The notes below the pieces were generated by a model. It did not search any database. It was not told the DNA's origin and was given only the letters and a program-made list of their open reading frames with translations. A program made the position numbers and the translations under genes. This document shows, one piece after another, positions 1-9,478 of a DNA stretch of 64,000 nucleotides; the first letter of the stretch is position 1; every line of letters begins with the position of its first letter. Source of the stretch: Patescibacteria group bacterium (GTDB lineage: Bacteria > Patescibacteriota > Patescibacteriia > CAIXNZ01); contig JBAZJU010000001.1 in the NCBI GenBank assembly GCA_041651155.1, positions 27,932-91,931 on the forward strand, read 5' to 3'.

Positions 1-379
1 TGCGGGGCAGGGCAATATCAATAGGCTCTTCCAGATTTGAATCTTTGGGTAGAAATTTTAGGACCCCGAAATTACGGCCAACTAAATCAACACTTCCTTT
101 TGTTTCCAAAAATTTTGTCAGGGAATCCAAATCAATTTTATTAACCACAAAATCAAAATCTTTAGCCATTTTCTTAATGCCCAGGGCTGCGTCACGCACC
201 ATGCCACCAACCAAATAAATATTAGACTCAGGAAATTTTTTATAAAAATCTTGAAGAAATTTTAAGTCCGGCTCCTTTTCAATTTTTTGGGCAAAGGAAG
301 CTAACATTTTTTCCATATCTGGTAATTTGTTTACTTCTTTTTTTAATTGTGGAGATTTATATTCAAGTTTATTTTGCAT
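1..379 (-). CDS. Second CCA-adding/poly(A) polymerase-family nucleotidyltransferase, N-terminal part (runs off the window edge)
   Basis: Not in the ORF track. Manual translation from ATG 379 gives MQNKLEY...IYLVGGMVRDAALG...DFDFVV...VDLVGRNFGVLKF...EPIDIALPR, clearly paralogous to 555..2135. Confidence 0.85.
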   Translation of the reverse strand, partial: MQNKLEYKSPQLKKEVNKLPDMEKMLASFAQKIEKEPDLKFLQDFYKKFPESNIYLVGGMVRDAALGIKKMAKDFDFVVNKIDLDSLTKFLETKGSVDLVGRNFGVLKFLPKDSNLEEPIDIALPR

Positions 380-554
380 TGATTTTAGCCAATAGCCATA
401 AAGCCATTAGGCATTAGTTCTTGGAAAGTTTTTTAAATATTCATTTAGCCAATGGCTTAATCGCTTATTGGCAAGACCTTGGCATTGTTTAAAAATGTTT
501 TCCAATTTTTATCTAATATATATCGGCCTATGCCAGGCTTATGGCTTCCCAAAA

Positions 555-2135
555 TTATTCCACCCATTTAATCTTAGAGAAATATTGTTTTTTTCGTTCC
601 TCTTCGTATTTTTCCAGCTGTGGCGCTAATTCTTTTAATTCTGAATCTGAAAGTTTATTCAAATCTTTTAATTTTTTTTGCAAATAAGCTTTTTTATTTT
701 TTTTCGGATCTTCCAAAACTTCAGCCAAAAGTGCATTCAAAAGCAGGCCAATCTTCGGACCAGGTTTGATATTTAATAATTTCATCAGTTCATCGCCTTT
801 AACTTTTAACATTTTAACGGAAATCGGATCTAATTGGACTGCGTGCAAACGTTGTTCTAATTCAATTAGTTTATAAGGTTTGGCTTTGGGTCTGCCCATG
901 CCCAAACGATCACAGATGCGCACTTGAATTGCTTCATTAATGTTATCTGACCCTATTCTGACTAATAATCTTCTGATAGCAGCGTCAGTAATTGTGCCGA
1001 GAGAATAAAAAAACATATGATGGCGGACCAGATGGGAAACTTTATCAATTGTTTCATTAGAATATTTTAATCTTTGTAAAATTTTTCGTGTAATTTTTGC
1101 GCCCACAATGTCATGATTATAAAATGTGCTGTCAGGGCCTTCGCCTTTTTTTACCTGGGGTTTTGCAATGTCATGGAATAAGGCAGCCAAACGCACATTC
1201 AAACTATAATTGCGTTCAGCGGCAAAACCCAAGGCTTTAACACAATGGGTGAAAACACTGTAAATGTGGCTTTTGTTTTGAGAAACGCCCACGCCAGATT
1301 CTAATTCAGGGATGATGTATTTTAAAAGATTTGATTTTTGTAAAAGCTGCAAGCCAAATTCAGCGTTTGGCGACATAATGATCTTATTCAATTCTTCAGT
1401 AATTCTTTCAGCTGGAATATCTTTAATTTTAGGCGACATTTTTTGGATTGTAAGATAAGTTGCTTGTTCAATTTTAAAATATAATTGGACTGAAAAACGG
1501 ATGGCGCGCAACATGCGTGTATAATCTTCCTGGAATCTGTCTTCTGGCCGGCCGACTGTTTTTATTGTTTTGCTTAAAATATCTTCTTGTCCTAAAAAAG
1601 GATCAATCAGTTCATTGGTCTTTAAGTTTAAAGCCATGGAATTGATGGTAAAATCGCGCCGTTCTAAATCTTTGGCAATTGGCAATTTCGGATCTGACTG
1701 AATGTCAAAATCACGGTACCCGCCAGTATTGAAAGAATGTTCTGTTCTGGGCAAGGCAATATCAATGGGTTCTAAGCCCGTGTACTTTTTTGGCCCGTCT
1801 TGGCCGTTTTCTTTCCTATTTTCAGCTTTTAAAGATTTTGATTTCAAGCCGAGGCCAGGAACAAACTTGAACACGCCAAAAGATTTGCCGACTAAATTAA
1901 CAGTGCCTTCTTTGCTTAAAAATTTTTCCAAATCTTTGGCTGTGACATTTCTAACTACAAAATCATAATCATAAGATTCTCGTTGTAACAAAATATCGCG
2001 CACTTTACCGCCAACAAGATAGATTTCCGAATCCTTGAATTTTTTAAGTAATTTTTTGGTAAATAAAAAATTTGGATCATTGGCAAAATCCTTGAGAAAA
2101 TGGGTAATTAGTTGTTCGTTATTTTTAATAGTCAT
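555..2135 (-). CDS. cca: CCA tRNA nucleotidyltransferase with HD domain
   Basis: Motifs LVGGKVRD, DYD, DLERRDFTINSMA, EDYTRMLRAIRF and HD motif LFHDIAKP. Confidence 0.9.
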   Translation of the reverse strand: MTIKNNEQLITHFLKDFANDPNFLFTKKLLKKFKDSEIYLVGGKVRDILLQRESYDYDFVVRNVTAKDLEKFLSKEGTVNLVGKSFGVFKFVPGLGLKSKSLKAENRKENGQDGPKKYTGLEPIDIALPRTEHSFNTGGYRDFDIQSDPKLPIAKDLERRDFTINSMALNLKTNELIDPFLGQEDILSKTIKTVGRPEDRFQEDYTRMLRAIRFSVQLYFKIEQATYLTIQKMSPKIKDIPAERITEELNKIIMSPNAEFGLQLLQKSNLLKYIIPELESGVGVSQNKSHIYSVFTHCVKALGFAAERNYSLNVRLAALFHDIAKPQVKKGEGPDSTFYNHDIVGAKITRKILQRLKYSNETIDKVSHLVRHHMFFYSLGTITDAAIRRLLVRIGSDNINEAIQVRICDRLGMGRPKAKPYKLIELEQRLHAVQLDPISVKMLKVKGDELMKLLNIKPGPKIGLLLNALLAEVLEDPKKNKKAYLQKKLKDLNKLSDSELKELAPQLEKYEEERKKQYFSKIKWVE

Positions 2136-2192
2136 CTATTTCAATCTTACTTGATTTTTAGCGAAAAAACAAGTTGTCTTAGCAAAAAAACA

Positions 2193-2221
2193 TTGACACT
2201 AATTAAAAAGTATGATATGAT
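2193..2221 (+). promoter_or_regulatory. Sigma70-type promoter of the orphan pair
   Basis: TTGACA-17nt-TATGAT. Confidence 0.6.
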
Positions 2222-2270
2222 TTTAAATCCGAATAATTGAGGTTATTAAATATCAAACGAGGAGGAAAAA

Positions 2271-2618
2271 ATGAAGAAAAAGAGTTTGTGGGAACGGTTT
2301 TTAAACTTTTTTGGCTTTGCACTTGAAAGCGATCCTGAATTTGAAAAATTTTGGCATCGTAATGAAAGGGGTTTCCCTTTTTCAGACCTAGTCGGGTTAA
2401 TTGTTGGACATGGCGAAGAATCATTTGTAATTACCCCTGAGATGGAAAAAAGTGCGATCCAGAGATATCATGAAATACCGGAGAAACTTTACTTCTGGTA
2501 TATAAAGAGTCCAAATCGCTCCGATCAATATTTTGAAATAAATTGTGGTTTGGATATCTTCGGACCGATAATAGGAACAATTGAAGAAATCCTGGAAGAT
2601 GATAAAAATTGTTTTTGA
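2271..2618 (+). CDS. Hypothetical protein, paralog of the next ORF
   Basis: GAGGAGG SD; shares ERGFPFSDL.GL.V..GE..F.IT.EME with 2657..2965. Confidence 0.7.
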   Translation: MKKKSLWERFLNFFGFALESDPEFEKFWHRNERGFPFSDLVGLIVGHGEESFVITPEMEKSAIQRYHEIPEKLYFWYIKSPNRSDQYFEINCGLDIFGPIIGTIEEILEDDKNCF

Positions 2619-2656
2619 TCAAAAGACACCTAAAAACGAGGAAGGAGGAGGAAAAA

Positions 2657-2965
2657 ATGAGAAAGTTTAATTGGCTAAAGCGTTTGTTTGTCTTTCTGAG
2701 GATTTTGAAAAAAAAGACAGAACTCGACGCCTGGATGGACAGAGAGGAAAGAGGATTTCCTTTTTCGGACTTAATCGGGCTCGAGGTGAAATGCGGCGAA
2801 AAAACTTTCACGATTACAGCTGAAATGGAGCAGACTTCTTACAAGGATCAAGAGGCGAGCAGAGGCGGAATGGGATTTAGCTTTTGGGTGGTAAAATGCC
2901 CCCTTTGCCAAAAGCATCACTTGGCTATCCACTCCAGTTTGAGAACCCACACTTACCATATATAA
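2657..2965 (+). CDS. Hypothetical protein with CPLC motif, paralog of the previous ORF
   Basis: Start moved to ATG 2657 after GGAGGAGG; shared ERGFPFSDL block. Confidence 0.7.
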   Translation: MRKFNWLKRLFVFLRILKKKTELDAWMDREERGFPFSDLIGLEVKCGEKTFTITAEMEQTSYKDQEASRGGMGFSFWVVKCPLCQKHHLAIHSSLRTHTYHI

Positions 2966-3016
2966 GCACAGTTACATTGTGCCGCATAAAATAAGCGTCT
3001 AGTTACTAGGCGCTTT

Positions 3017-4060
3017 TTATTTTATTAGCATGACATCCCCAAATGAAAAAAAACGATATTTTTTTCTTATGGCATGCTGATAAGATTTTTTAATAAATTC
3101 TGTTCCAGCAAAAGCACTGACCAAAAGAAACAAACTTGATTTGGGGAGATGGAAGTTAGTGGTAATAGCGTCAATAAATTTGAATTTGTAGCCGGGGTAA
3201 ATGTAGATTTTGGTATAACCCTTTTTAGAACGGATTGCTGATTGCTGATTGCAGATTTCTGAACAGGATTCCAAAACTCGAACTGATGTTGTGCCGATTG
3301 CGATAATGCGGCGATTGGCTTTTTTTGCTTGATTAAGCCGTTTGGCAGTTTGTATATCCAGCTCAAAATATTCTTCGTGGATTTGGTGTTTGGTTATATC
3401 TTCTGATTTGATTGGTTGGAATGTGCCTAAACCAACGTGCAAAGTTACAAATTCAATTTGGATGCCTTTTTGCTTTAGTTGTTTAAATATTCTAGGTGTG
3501 AAATGCAGTCCTGCGGTTGGCGCGGCCACAGAACCAAGTTTTTTGGCAAAAAAAGTTTGGTATTCATTTTGTTTAGAAAGTCGCTTGATGTACGGGGGAG
3601 TGGGCATTTGCCCAAGTTTAAAGATTTGAGCCATTAATTTCTGCCCAGAAAGATTGAATTTAATCCGAGCAGTATCATTTTGGCGACTAATTATCTCTCC
3701 GTTTAAGTATCGGGAAAATTTTAATTCCGTGTTGATTTGTTTTTTTATTGGCAAATTGCCGACTAAACATTCCCAGATGTTTTCTTTGATCTGGCGCAGG
3801 AGTAAAATCTCCACTTTGCCGCCGGTATTTTTTTTGCCAATTAGGCGCGCAGGAATAACTTTGGAATTATTAAAAACTAAAACATCACCTGTCTGTAGGT
3901 AATTTGGCAAGTTTAAAAATTTGTCGTCTATAATCTTTTTAGTTTTTCCATCTAAAACTAAAAGCCTGCATTTATCCTGAGGAGAAACAGGCTTTTGGGC
4001 GATTAATTCTTGAGGGAGATTAAAATTATATGTTTTTAGATTTTTTACTTTGTTAGCCAT
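3017..4060 (-). CDS. queA: S-adenosylmethionine:tRNA ribosyltransferase-isomerase
   Basis: LPQELIAQ, NNSKVIPARL, PTPPYIKR, GSVAAPTAGLHF, TLHVGLGTF, TNFHLPKS, YRFFSFGD. Confidence 0.97.
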   Translation of the reverse strand: MANKVKNLKTYNFNLPQELIAQKPVSPQDKCRLLVLDGKTKKIIDDKFLNLPNYLQTGDVLVFNNSKVIPARLIGKKNTGGKVEILLLRQIKENIWECLVGNLPIKKQINTELKFSRYLNGEIISRQNDTARIKFNLSGQKLMAQIFKLGQMPTPPYIKRLSKQNEYQTFFAKKLGSVAAPTAGLHFTPRIFKQLKQKGIQIEFVTLHVGLGTFQPIKSEDITKHQIHEEYFELDIQTAKRLNQAKKANRRIIAIGTTSVRVLESCSEICNQQSAIRSKKGYTKIYIYPGYKFKFIDAITTNFHLPKSSLFLLVSAFAGTEFIKKSYQHAIRKKYRFFSFGDVMLIK

Positions 4061-4156
4061 TATGATAAATTATTAGAGATTGTTATAATAATCATAGCAT
4101 ATAAGTAGAGACCATTGAAAAAAATTTAATTTGGTGCTAAGATTTTAAATAATTAA

Positions 4157-4229
4157 GCGCGTGTAGCTCAGTGGTTAGAGCGCTACCCTTATAAGGTAGA
4201 TGTCGATGGTTCAAATCCATCCACGCGCA
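4157..4229 (+). tRNA. tRNA-Ile (anticodon UAU), CCA not encoded
   Basis: Cloverleaf: acceptor GCGCGTG/CACGCGC, D-arm TAGCTCAGTGGTTAGAGC, anticodon arm CTACC-CT TAT AA-GGTAG, T-arm GATGG TTCAAAT CCATC. Confidence 0.9.
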
Positions 4230-4234
4230 TACCG

Positions 4235-4370
4235 GGGCAATTAGCTCCCACCTACGCTGATGCTTCGGTGGGCAGGCAGTAAATAATGTTATGGACTTTA
4301 TGGATGATAACCAGCTTCGCTAATTGCAGACAAGTATTTTAAAAATTTAGATTAAGTCACATTCATTTAA
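4235..4370 (+). mobile_element. 136 nt non-coding unit duplicating the 5' 13 nt of tRNA-Val(GAC), with a REP-like hairpin and an antisense-to-tRNA segment
   Basis: GGGCAATTAGCTC at 4235 equals the tRNA start at 4371; hairpin CCACCTACGCTGATGCTTCGGTGG; TAACCAGCTTCGCTAATTGC (4308-4327) is 18/20 complementary to the tRNA. Mobility is inferred. Confidence 0.6.
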
Positions 4371-4447
4371 GGGCAATTAGCTCAGCTGGTTAGAGCGCAT
4401 CGTTGACGTCGATGAGGTCAGTGGTTCGATTCCACTATTGCCCACCA
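4371..4447 (+). tRNA. tRNA-Val (GAC)
   Basis: Cloverleaf; anticodon arm CATCG-TT GAC GT-CGATG; T-loop GGTTCGATTCC; ends ACCA. Confidence 0.95.
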
Positions 4448-4518
4448 AATTTAATGAAACTAATTAAGGTTTGATAACTTTGAGTAATTATGGTATCCTT
4501 TAGATAGACAACCCACTT

Positions 4519-4869
4519 ATGTTTAATATTTTTAGCAAATTTAAGGCTCCTCTTTATAGAGAAGCAGCAGAAGCATATTGGAATAAACTTCCTCAAGAAA
4601 TTGAGGTAAGTTGGTTTAGAGATGGGAAATATATTATTGGTCAAATCAACGCTGAGGGTAATAAATTTATGACCCAAGGCAGAAATGCCGATGAATTTAT
4701 TGATATGGTAAATGACGCTGTTTTTTCAGTTTATGAAATCCCCCCAGAATATTTTGAAATATTAAGTCCTAAGAAATTTACTCCGAAATCCAATGAATAT
4801 GAAAGACTGAGAAATAATGGTATTATTGCTGGAGAGATCAGTCTGGAGAGGCAATTAGTTAATGTTTGA
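4519..4869 (+). CDS. HicB-like antitoxin
   Basis: FMTQGRNADEFIDMVNDAV resembles the HicB partial RNase H fold motif; paired with a HicA-like ORF. Confidence 0.55.
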   Translation: MFNIFSKFKAPLYREAAEAYWNKLPQEIEVSWFRDGKYIIGQINAEGNKFMTQGRNADEFIDMVNDAVFSVYEIPPEYFEILSPKKFTPKSNEYERLRNNGIIAGEISLERQLVNV

Positions 4870-4874
4870 GATTT

Positions 4875-5126
4875 ATGGGGGAATATGCAAATGTAAAGCG
4901 GAATAAAATAAAAAAATGTTTATTGAGATGGCTTGTAAAAAAACAAGGGATTGAAATTAAACATGGAGGCAAGCATCAGATTTTAATAAAATATGTTTTT
5001 TGGGAAAGACCTTTCCCGTTACCTTTTTTACACAATGAAGTTAATAAGCACCTTATCAAAGAATTAATGCAGAAATTGGTAGATTCAGAAGTTTGCACTA
5101 AAGAAGAATTTGATCAAAATATATAA
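4875..5126 (+). CDS. HicA-like mRNA interferase toxin
   Basis: Small basic protein with GGKH motif then P.P.H.E pattern typical of HicA. Confidence 0.55.
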   Translation: MGEYANVKRNKIKKCLLRWLVKKQGIEIKHGGKHQILIKYVFWERPFPLPFLHNEVNKHLIKELMQKLVDSEVCTKEEFDQNI

Positions 5127-5157
5127 AAAATGACTTATTCAATTTGGGAGTCATTTT

Positions 5158-6291
5158 TTATTTCTGTAAATTCATTTTTACGCTTTCAATAACTTCTTTG
5201 CTAGCTTCTGCCAGATTGGGCTTGGAGATCTCAAATGTAGCCATGGTTTTTGTGCCAAAGGGATTAAATGATTTAGCTAAATTTAAAGAGTCGTAATTTT
5301 TTGAAGTATAAATTAATCCGGTAATTGACTGTTTTTGATTCTCAAAAAGTAAAATTATGATTTCTGCTTCAGGCGCTGAAGTAATTAATTCTTCAATTAC
5401 TTCGCGTAAATTGGGATTTTGCATGTTCAGTTCAATAAAATCTTTTTGTGTCAGATAAGACCAGGCCATTTTGTGTTCGGGATCATTTTTAAGGCGCGCG
5501 AGTACTTTGCCCCAGAGCCTTAAAGTATTGATTGACTTTGTGCGGTATAAATTTTGAATAATTTTATCGCGGTCAGCTCCGTTAATTATGAGTTGACTGG
5601 CAATATTTAGGGCTCTCGGAGTGACAGCGGCTGAACGGAAACTCTTTGTTTTGGAAATCATGCCAGTCAAAAGACAGGTAGCAATTTCTTGGTCCAGCAA
5701 ATTTATATCATAATGTTCAATCAGATCAAAGATAATTTCTGCGGCTGAAGTTTTGGTCAGGTCTACCAAATTGATCTGGCCATACTGTTCATTTTCTGGA
5801 TTGTGGTCAATATTAATGATCGGGGTGCTATAAAAAAAGTCAGTATGCTGGTCATAAATTTCGCCCAGGGATTCCAGGGTGTCTGTATCTAAAATAATTA
5901 TTAGGTCATATTTATAATCCCCAGATTTAAAAGAAATATTTTTTTCATCCAAAAGTTTTTCCGGGGTCAAATAAATGTTCAGTTTGTTGGCTTTAACATC
6001 ATAGGAAAAATCCTTGATTTTATTTGCTGCCAGATCCAGGGAAATAATGAATTTTTTTAAGCCCTCAAGGCCTGATTTTGTCTGATTAATTTCTGGCAAA
6101 AAGGCGAAATTTTGGTCAAGGCAAAAATTATGGCAGACAATATCAGCCTGCTTATCCATTTTTTTTAAAAGCAAAAAAATAGCCAGGGCACTGGATATCG
6201 CATCGCCTGAAAAATTCTTTTTAAATGTTATGAGAATTTTTTGGCTATTTTTAATTAATTCAAAAATTTGTTGGTTTTGTGTTAAACCCAT
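5158..6291 (-). CDS. DHH-family phosphoesterase (NrnA-like) with degenerate motifs
   Basis: GDAISS, IIILDT, INIDHN, CLLTGMISKTKSF; the second His of DHH is replaced. Confidence 0.8.
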   Translation of the reverse strand: MGLTQNQQIFELIKNSQKILITFKKNFSGDAISSALAIFLLLKKMDKQADIVCHNFCLDQNFAFLPEINQTKSGLEGLKKFIISLDLAANKIKDFSYDVKANKLNIYLTPEKLLDEKNISFKSGDYKYDLIIILDTDTLESLGEIYDQHTDFFYSTPIINIDHNPENEQYGQINLVDLTKTSAAEIIFDLIEHYDINLLDQEIATCLLTGMISKTKSFRSAAVTPRALNIASQLIINGADRDKIIQNLYRTKSINTLRLWGKVLARLKNDPEHKMAWSYLTQKDFIELNMQNPNLREVIEELITSAPEAEIIILLFENQKQSITGLIYTSKNYDSLNLAKSFNPFGTKTMATFEISKPNLAEASKEVIESVKMNLQK

Positions 6292-6451
6292 ATGGTTAAA
6301 ATCCAAAAGTCAAAATTCAAAAGACAAAAATAAGGTGATTTTTAAGCTTATAATCTTTTTGCAATCCTGTCAACTATTTTTACCTTAATAGGGTTTTCTT
6401 GTCAAGAAGAGGGAAAAATGATAAGATTTTTGTATAAATATAAAATAAACA

Positions 6452-6554
6452 GGCGAAAACACGCATTTGTCATTCAGAACGAAGTGAAGAATCTAGGATT
6501 TCTGGATTCCACGCTATGCTCTGAATGACACGAGGACAAATGCGTGTTTTCGCC
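6452..6554. repeat. Perfect 20 bp inverted repeat enclosing a REP-like palindromic element in the valS leader
   Basis: GGCGAAAACACGCATTTGTC ... GACAAATGCGTGTTTTCGCC, with inner GTCATTCAGAACGAAGTGAAGAATCT...GATTCCACGCTATGCTCTGAATGAC. Confidence 0.8.
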
Positions 6555-6567
6555 CGACTCCAATACT

Positions 6568-9348
6568 ATGAAAGAAATCCCCAAGGCCTACGATCCCAAA
6601 GAAGTTGAGGATAAAATTTATAAGTTATGGGAAGAATCAGGTTATTTTAATCCTGACAATTTGCCAGGTAATCGGCCTGATTATTTTTCCATTGCTATGC
6701 CGCCGCCAAATAGAACCGGTACCTTGCATACCGGCCATGCTTCCATGCTTGCTTATCAGGATTTAATGACGCGTTATAACCGGCTGGCAGGTAAAAAAAC
6801 TTTATGGCTGCCAGGCACTGATCATGCGGCGATCGCCACCCAAACTAAAGTTGAAAAAATTTTATATAAGGAGGAAAAGAAAACGCGCTATGATTTGGGA
6901 AAAGAAAAATTTTTAAAAAAAGTTGCTGAATTTGCAGAGGAATCTAAAAAAACAATTAATAATCAGGTGCGCAAAATGGGCTCATCCTGCGACTGGTCGC
7001 GTGAACGTTATACTTTGGATGATGGCTTAAACCAAGTAGTTAAATATGCTTTTGTGAAAATGCATGACGCTGGCTTGATCTATCGCGGTTATCGCATTGT
7101 TAATTGGTGCCCGCGTTGCGCTTCAACTCTGGCTGATGATGAAGTTGAATATGTGGCAACCAAAACAAAATTTTATACTTTCAAATATGCAAAAGATTTT
7201 CCGATTTCAATTTCCACTACCCGGCCTGAAACAAAATTGGGTGATACTGCAGTAGCTGTTAATCCCAAAGACCAGCGTTATAAAAAATTTATAGGTAAAA
7301 CATTTACAATAGATTTAGGCCATGGCAAACAGAAAATTAAAATTGTGGCTGATGAGTCAGTTGACCCCAAATTTGGCACAGGCGCTCTTGGCGTTACGCC
7401 TGCCCATTCTTTTGTGGATTTTGAAATTGCCCAAAAAAATAAATTGCCATTGATAAAAGTAATAGGCGAGGATGGCAAAATGACCAAAGAGGCAGGCAAG
7501 GATTATGAGGGATTAACGGTTTTAAAAGCCAGAGAAAAATTCGTGGCCTGGTTGGAAAAAAATAAATTAATGGACAAGGTGGAAGAAGTTGAACAAAATT
7601 TGAGCGTGTGTTATCGTTGCAATTCACTGATTGAACCTCTGCCCTCATTACAGTGGTTTGTGGACGTCAATAAAAAAATAACTTTAAAAGGCAATAAATA
7701 TTTCCAGAAAAAATCTCTCAAAGAAGTTGCCTTGCAGGTTGTGAAGGATAATGAAATAAAAATAATTCCCCAAAGATTTGAAGCAAATTATTTTCACTGG
7801 CTGGAAAATTTGCGCGATTGGTGCATTTCCCGCCAGATTTGGTTTGGGCATCAGATTCCCGTGTGGTACAGATCCTCCTCCGCTAAAGCTTCGGAGGACG
7901 GGGGTAAGGAAATTTATGTTGGGCTAGAAGCGCCAAAAGAAAAAGGATTTAAACAGGATGAAGATACTTTGGATACTTGGTTTTCATCTGGGCTGTGGAC
8001 TTTTTCAACATTATTAGATAAAGATTTTAAAAAATATAAATCTTGGGAGGATTGGATTAATGGTTCTAAGGATTTAGAATTTCATCCGACTTCAGTCATG
8101 GAAACTGGTTATGATATTTTATTTTTTTGGGTGGCACGCATGATTATCCAGACCACTTTCATGCTCGGTCAGATTCCATTTAAAAATGTTTATTTACATG
8201 GTTTGGTGCGCGATGAAAAAGGCAAAAAAATGTCCAAATCCTTGGGTAATGTGGTTGATCCTTTGGATATGATTAAAAAATTCGGCACTGATGCTCTGCG
8301 TTTGGCCATGATTTCAGGCACTTCAGCTGGTGCTGATTCGCGCTTGTATGATGAAAAAGTTGAGGGCAGCCGCAACTTTGTGAATAAGCTTTGGAATATA
8401 TCCCGTTATATTTTAACTTCAGTGCGCGAAGTCAGGCGAGTTGAGGAAATTCCTCATGGTGAAACTCTGGCTGACCAGTGGATTTTGGCAAAATTGGATT
8501 TGGTGATTAATGAAGTGACAGCAGATATTAATAAATTTAATTTTCCCGGGGCGGTTGAGGCTTTGCGCGAATTTACCTGGTCTGATCTGGCTGACTGGTA
8601 TTTGGAAATATCAAAATTGCAGATCAAAGAAAGTCCTGATAAACCTTATGAAGAATTAGGCGTGCATACTGAGACAATTTTACTTTATGTTTTGGAAAAA
8701 CTTTTAATTTTATGGCATCCGTTTATTCCTTTTGTGACAGAAGATATTTGGTCAAATTTTGAAGACGAGGATTTATTGATGATTCAGCCTTGGCCTTTAG
8801 TGACTGATAAAGAATTATTTACTGACATTAAAGATAGAGAATATCATGAGGAAACAGATAAGCTTTTGGATTACGATGAAATTTTGTATCCTTTTTATAA
8901 ATTTGAAGAAATTGTCATGACCATCAGAAATTTGCGCTCTGATTTTAAAATTGAACCAGCGAAAAAGGTTGAGGTCACAATTGTTGGGAAAGATTTAGAT
9001 AAAATAAAATTAAATGAACAAATTGATAATATAATTTATCTGGCTCGTTTGAATAATTTAGAAATCGGGAAAATTAAACCAGATAATTCTGTGTCTCATG
9101 TTTTGGAAGGAGTGGGTGAGATTTGTTTACATTTGCAGGGTCTCGTTGATTTGCCAAAAGAAAAAGCTCGTTTGGAAAATGAAATTGCCAGCGTTAAAAA
9201 ATATGCGCAATCTTTGGCACAAAAATTAAAGAATAAAGAGTTTACAAAAAAAGCGCCTAAGGATGTGGTGGAGAAAGAGCAAGAGAAATTAAAGCAACAG
9301 CAAGAGAAATTGGTGAAATTGGAAGAACAATTGAATAGCTTGAAATAG
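6568..9348 (+). CDS. valS: Valine--tRNA ligase
   Basis: PPPN.TG.LH.GH, GTDHAAIATQ, DWCISRQIWFGH, DTWFSS, KMSKS, C-terminal coiled coil. Confidence 0.98.
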   Translation: MKEIPKAYDPKEVEDKIYKLWEESGYFNPDNLPGNRPDYFSIAMPPPNRTGTLHTGHASMLAYQDLMTRYNRLAGKKTLWLPGTDHAAIATQTKVEKILYKEEKKTRYDLGKEKFLKKVAEFAEESKKTINNQVRKMGSSCDWSRERYTLDDGLNQVVKYAFVKMHDAGLIYRGYRIVNWCPRCASTLADDEVEYVATKTKFYTFKYAKDFPISISTTRPETKLGDTAVAVNPKDQRYKKFIGKTFTIDLGHGKQKIKIVADESVDPKFGTGALGVTPAHSFVDFEIAQKNKLPLIKVIGEDGKMTKEAGKDYEGLTVLKAREKFVAWLEKNKLMDKVEEVEQNLSVCYRCNSLIEPLPSLQWFVDVNKKITLKGNKYFQKKSLKEVALQVVKDNEIKIIPQRFEANYFHWLENLRDWCISRQIWFGHQIPVWYRSSSAKASEDGGKEIYVGLEAPKEKGFKQDEDTLDTWFSSGLWTFSTLLDKDFKKYKSWEDWINGSKDLEFHPTSVMETGYDILFFWVARMIIQTTFMLGQIPFKNVYLHGLVRDEKGKKMSKSLGNVVDPLDMIKKFGTDALRLAMISGTSAGADSRLYDEKVEGSRNFVNKLWNISRYILTSVREVRRVEEIPHGETLADQWILAKLDLVINEVTADINKFNFPGAVEALREFTWSDLADWYLEISKLQIKESPDKPYEELGVHTETILLYVLEKLLILWHPFIPFVTEDIWSNFEDEDLLMIQPWPLVTDKELFTDIKDREYHEETDKLLDYDEILYPFYKFEEIVMTIRNLRSDFKIEPAKKVEVTIVGKDLDKIKLNEQIDNIIYLARLNNLEIGKIKPDNSVSHVLEGVGEICLHLQGLVDLPKEKARLENEIASVKKYAQSLAQKLKNKEFTKKAPKDVVEKEQEKLKQQQEKLVKLEEQLNSLK
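7873..7898. repeat. REP-like hairpin lying in frame within valS
   Basis: TCCTCCTCCGCTAAAGCTTCGGAGGA has the same core as the intergenic copy at 11949; encodes SSSAKASED. Confidence 0.75.
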
Positions 9349-9400
9349 TATTAAGTAGTAAGTATTAAGAATTAAGTATTAAGAATAAAGAATATTGATT

Positions 9401-9430
9401 AAGCGGGTTGTGAAAACGAGCTGCTTTTTT
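9401..9430 (+). terminator. Rho-independent terminator after valS, with a near-copy at 10478
   Basis: AAGCGGGTTGTGAAAACGAGCTGCTTTTTT. Confidence 0.7.
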
Positions 9431-9478
9431 ATTGACAAAATTTTTTAAAATCGTAGAATAGAGAACAAGGAGGAAATA

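Noticed and set aside
4235-4447. Intron-containing or split tRNA
   Set aside because: A complete tRNA-Val follows, so the upstream 13-mer is a duplicate rather than an exon.
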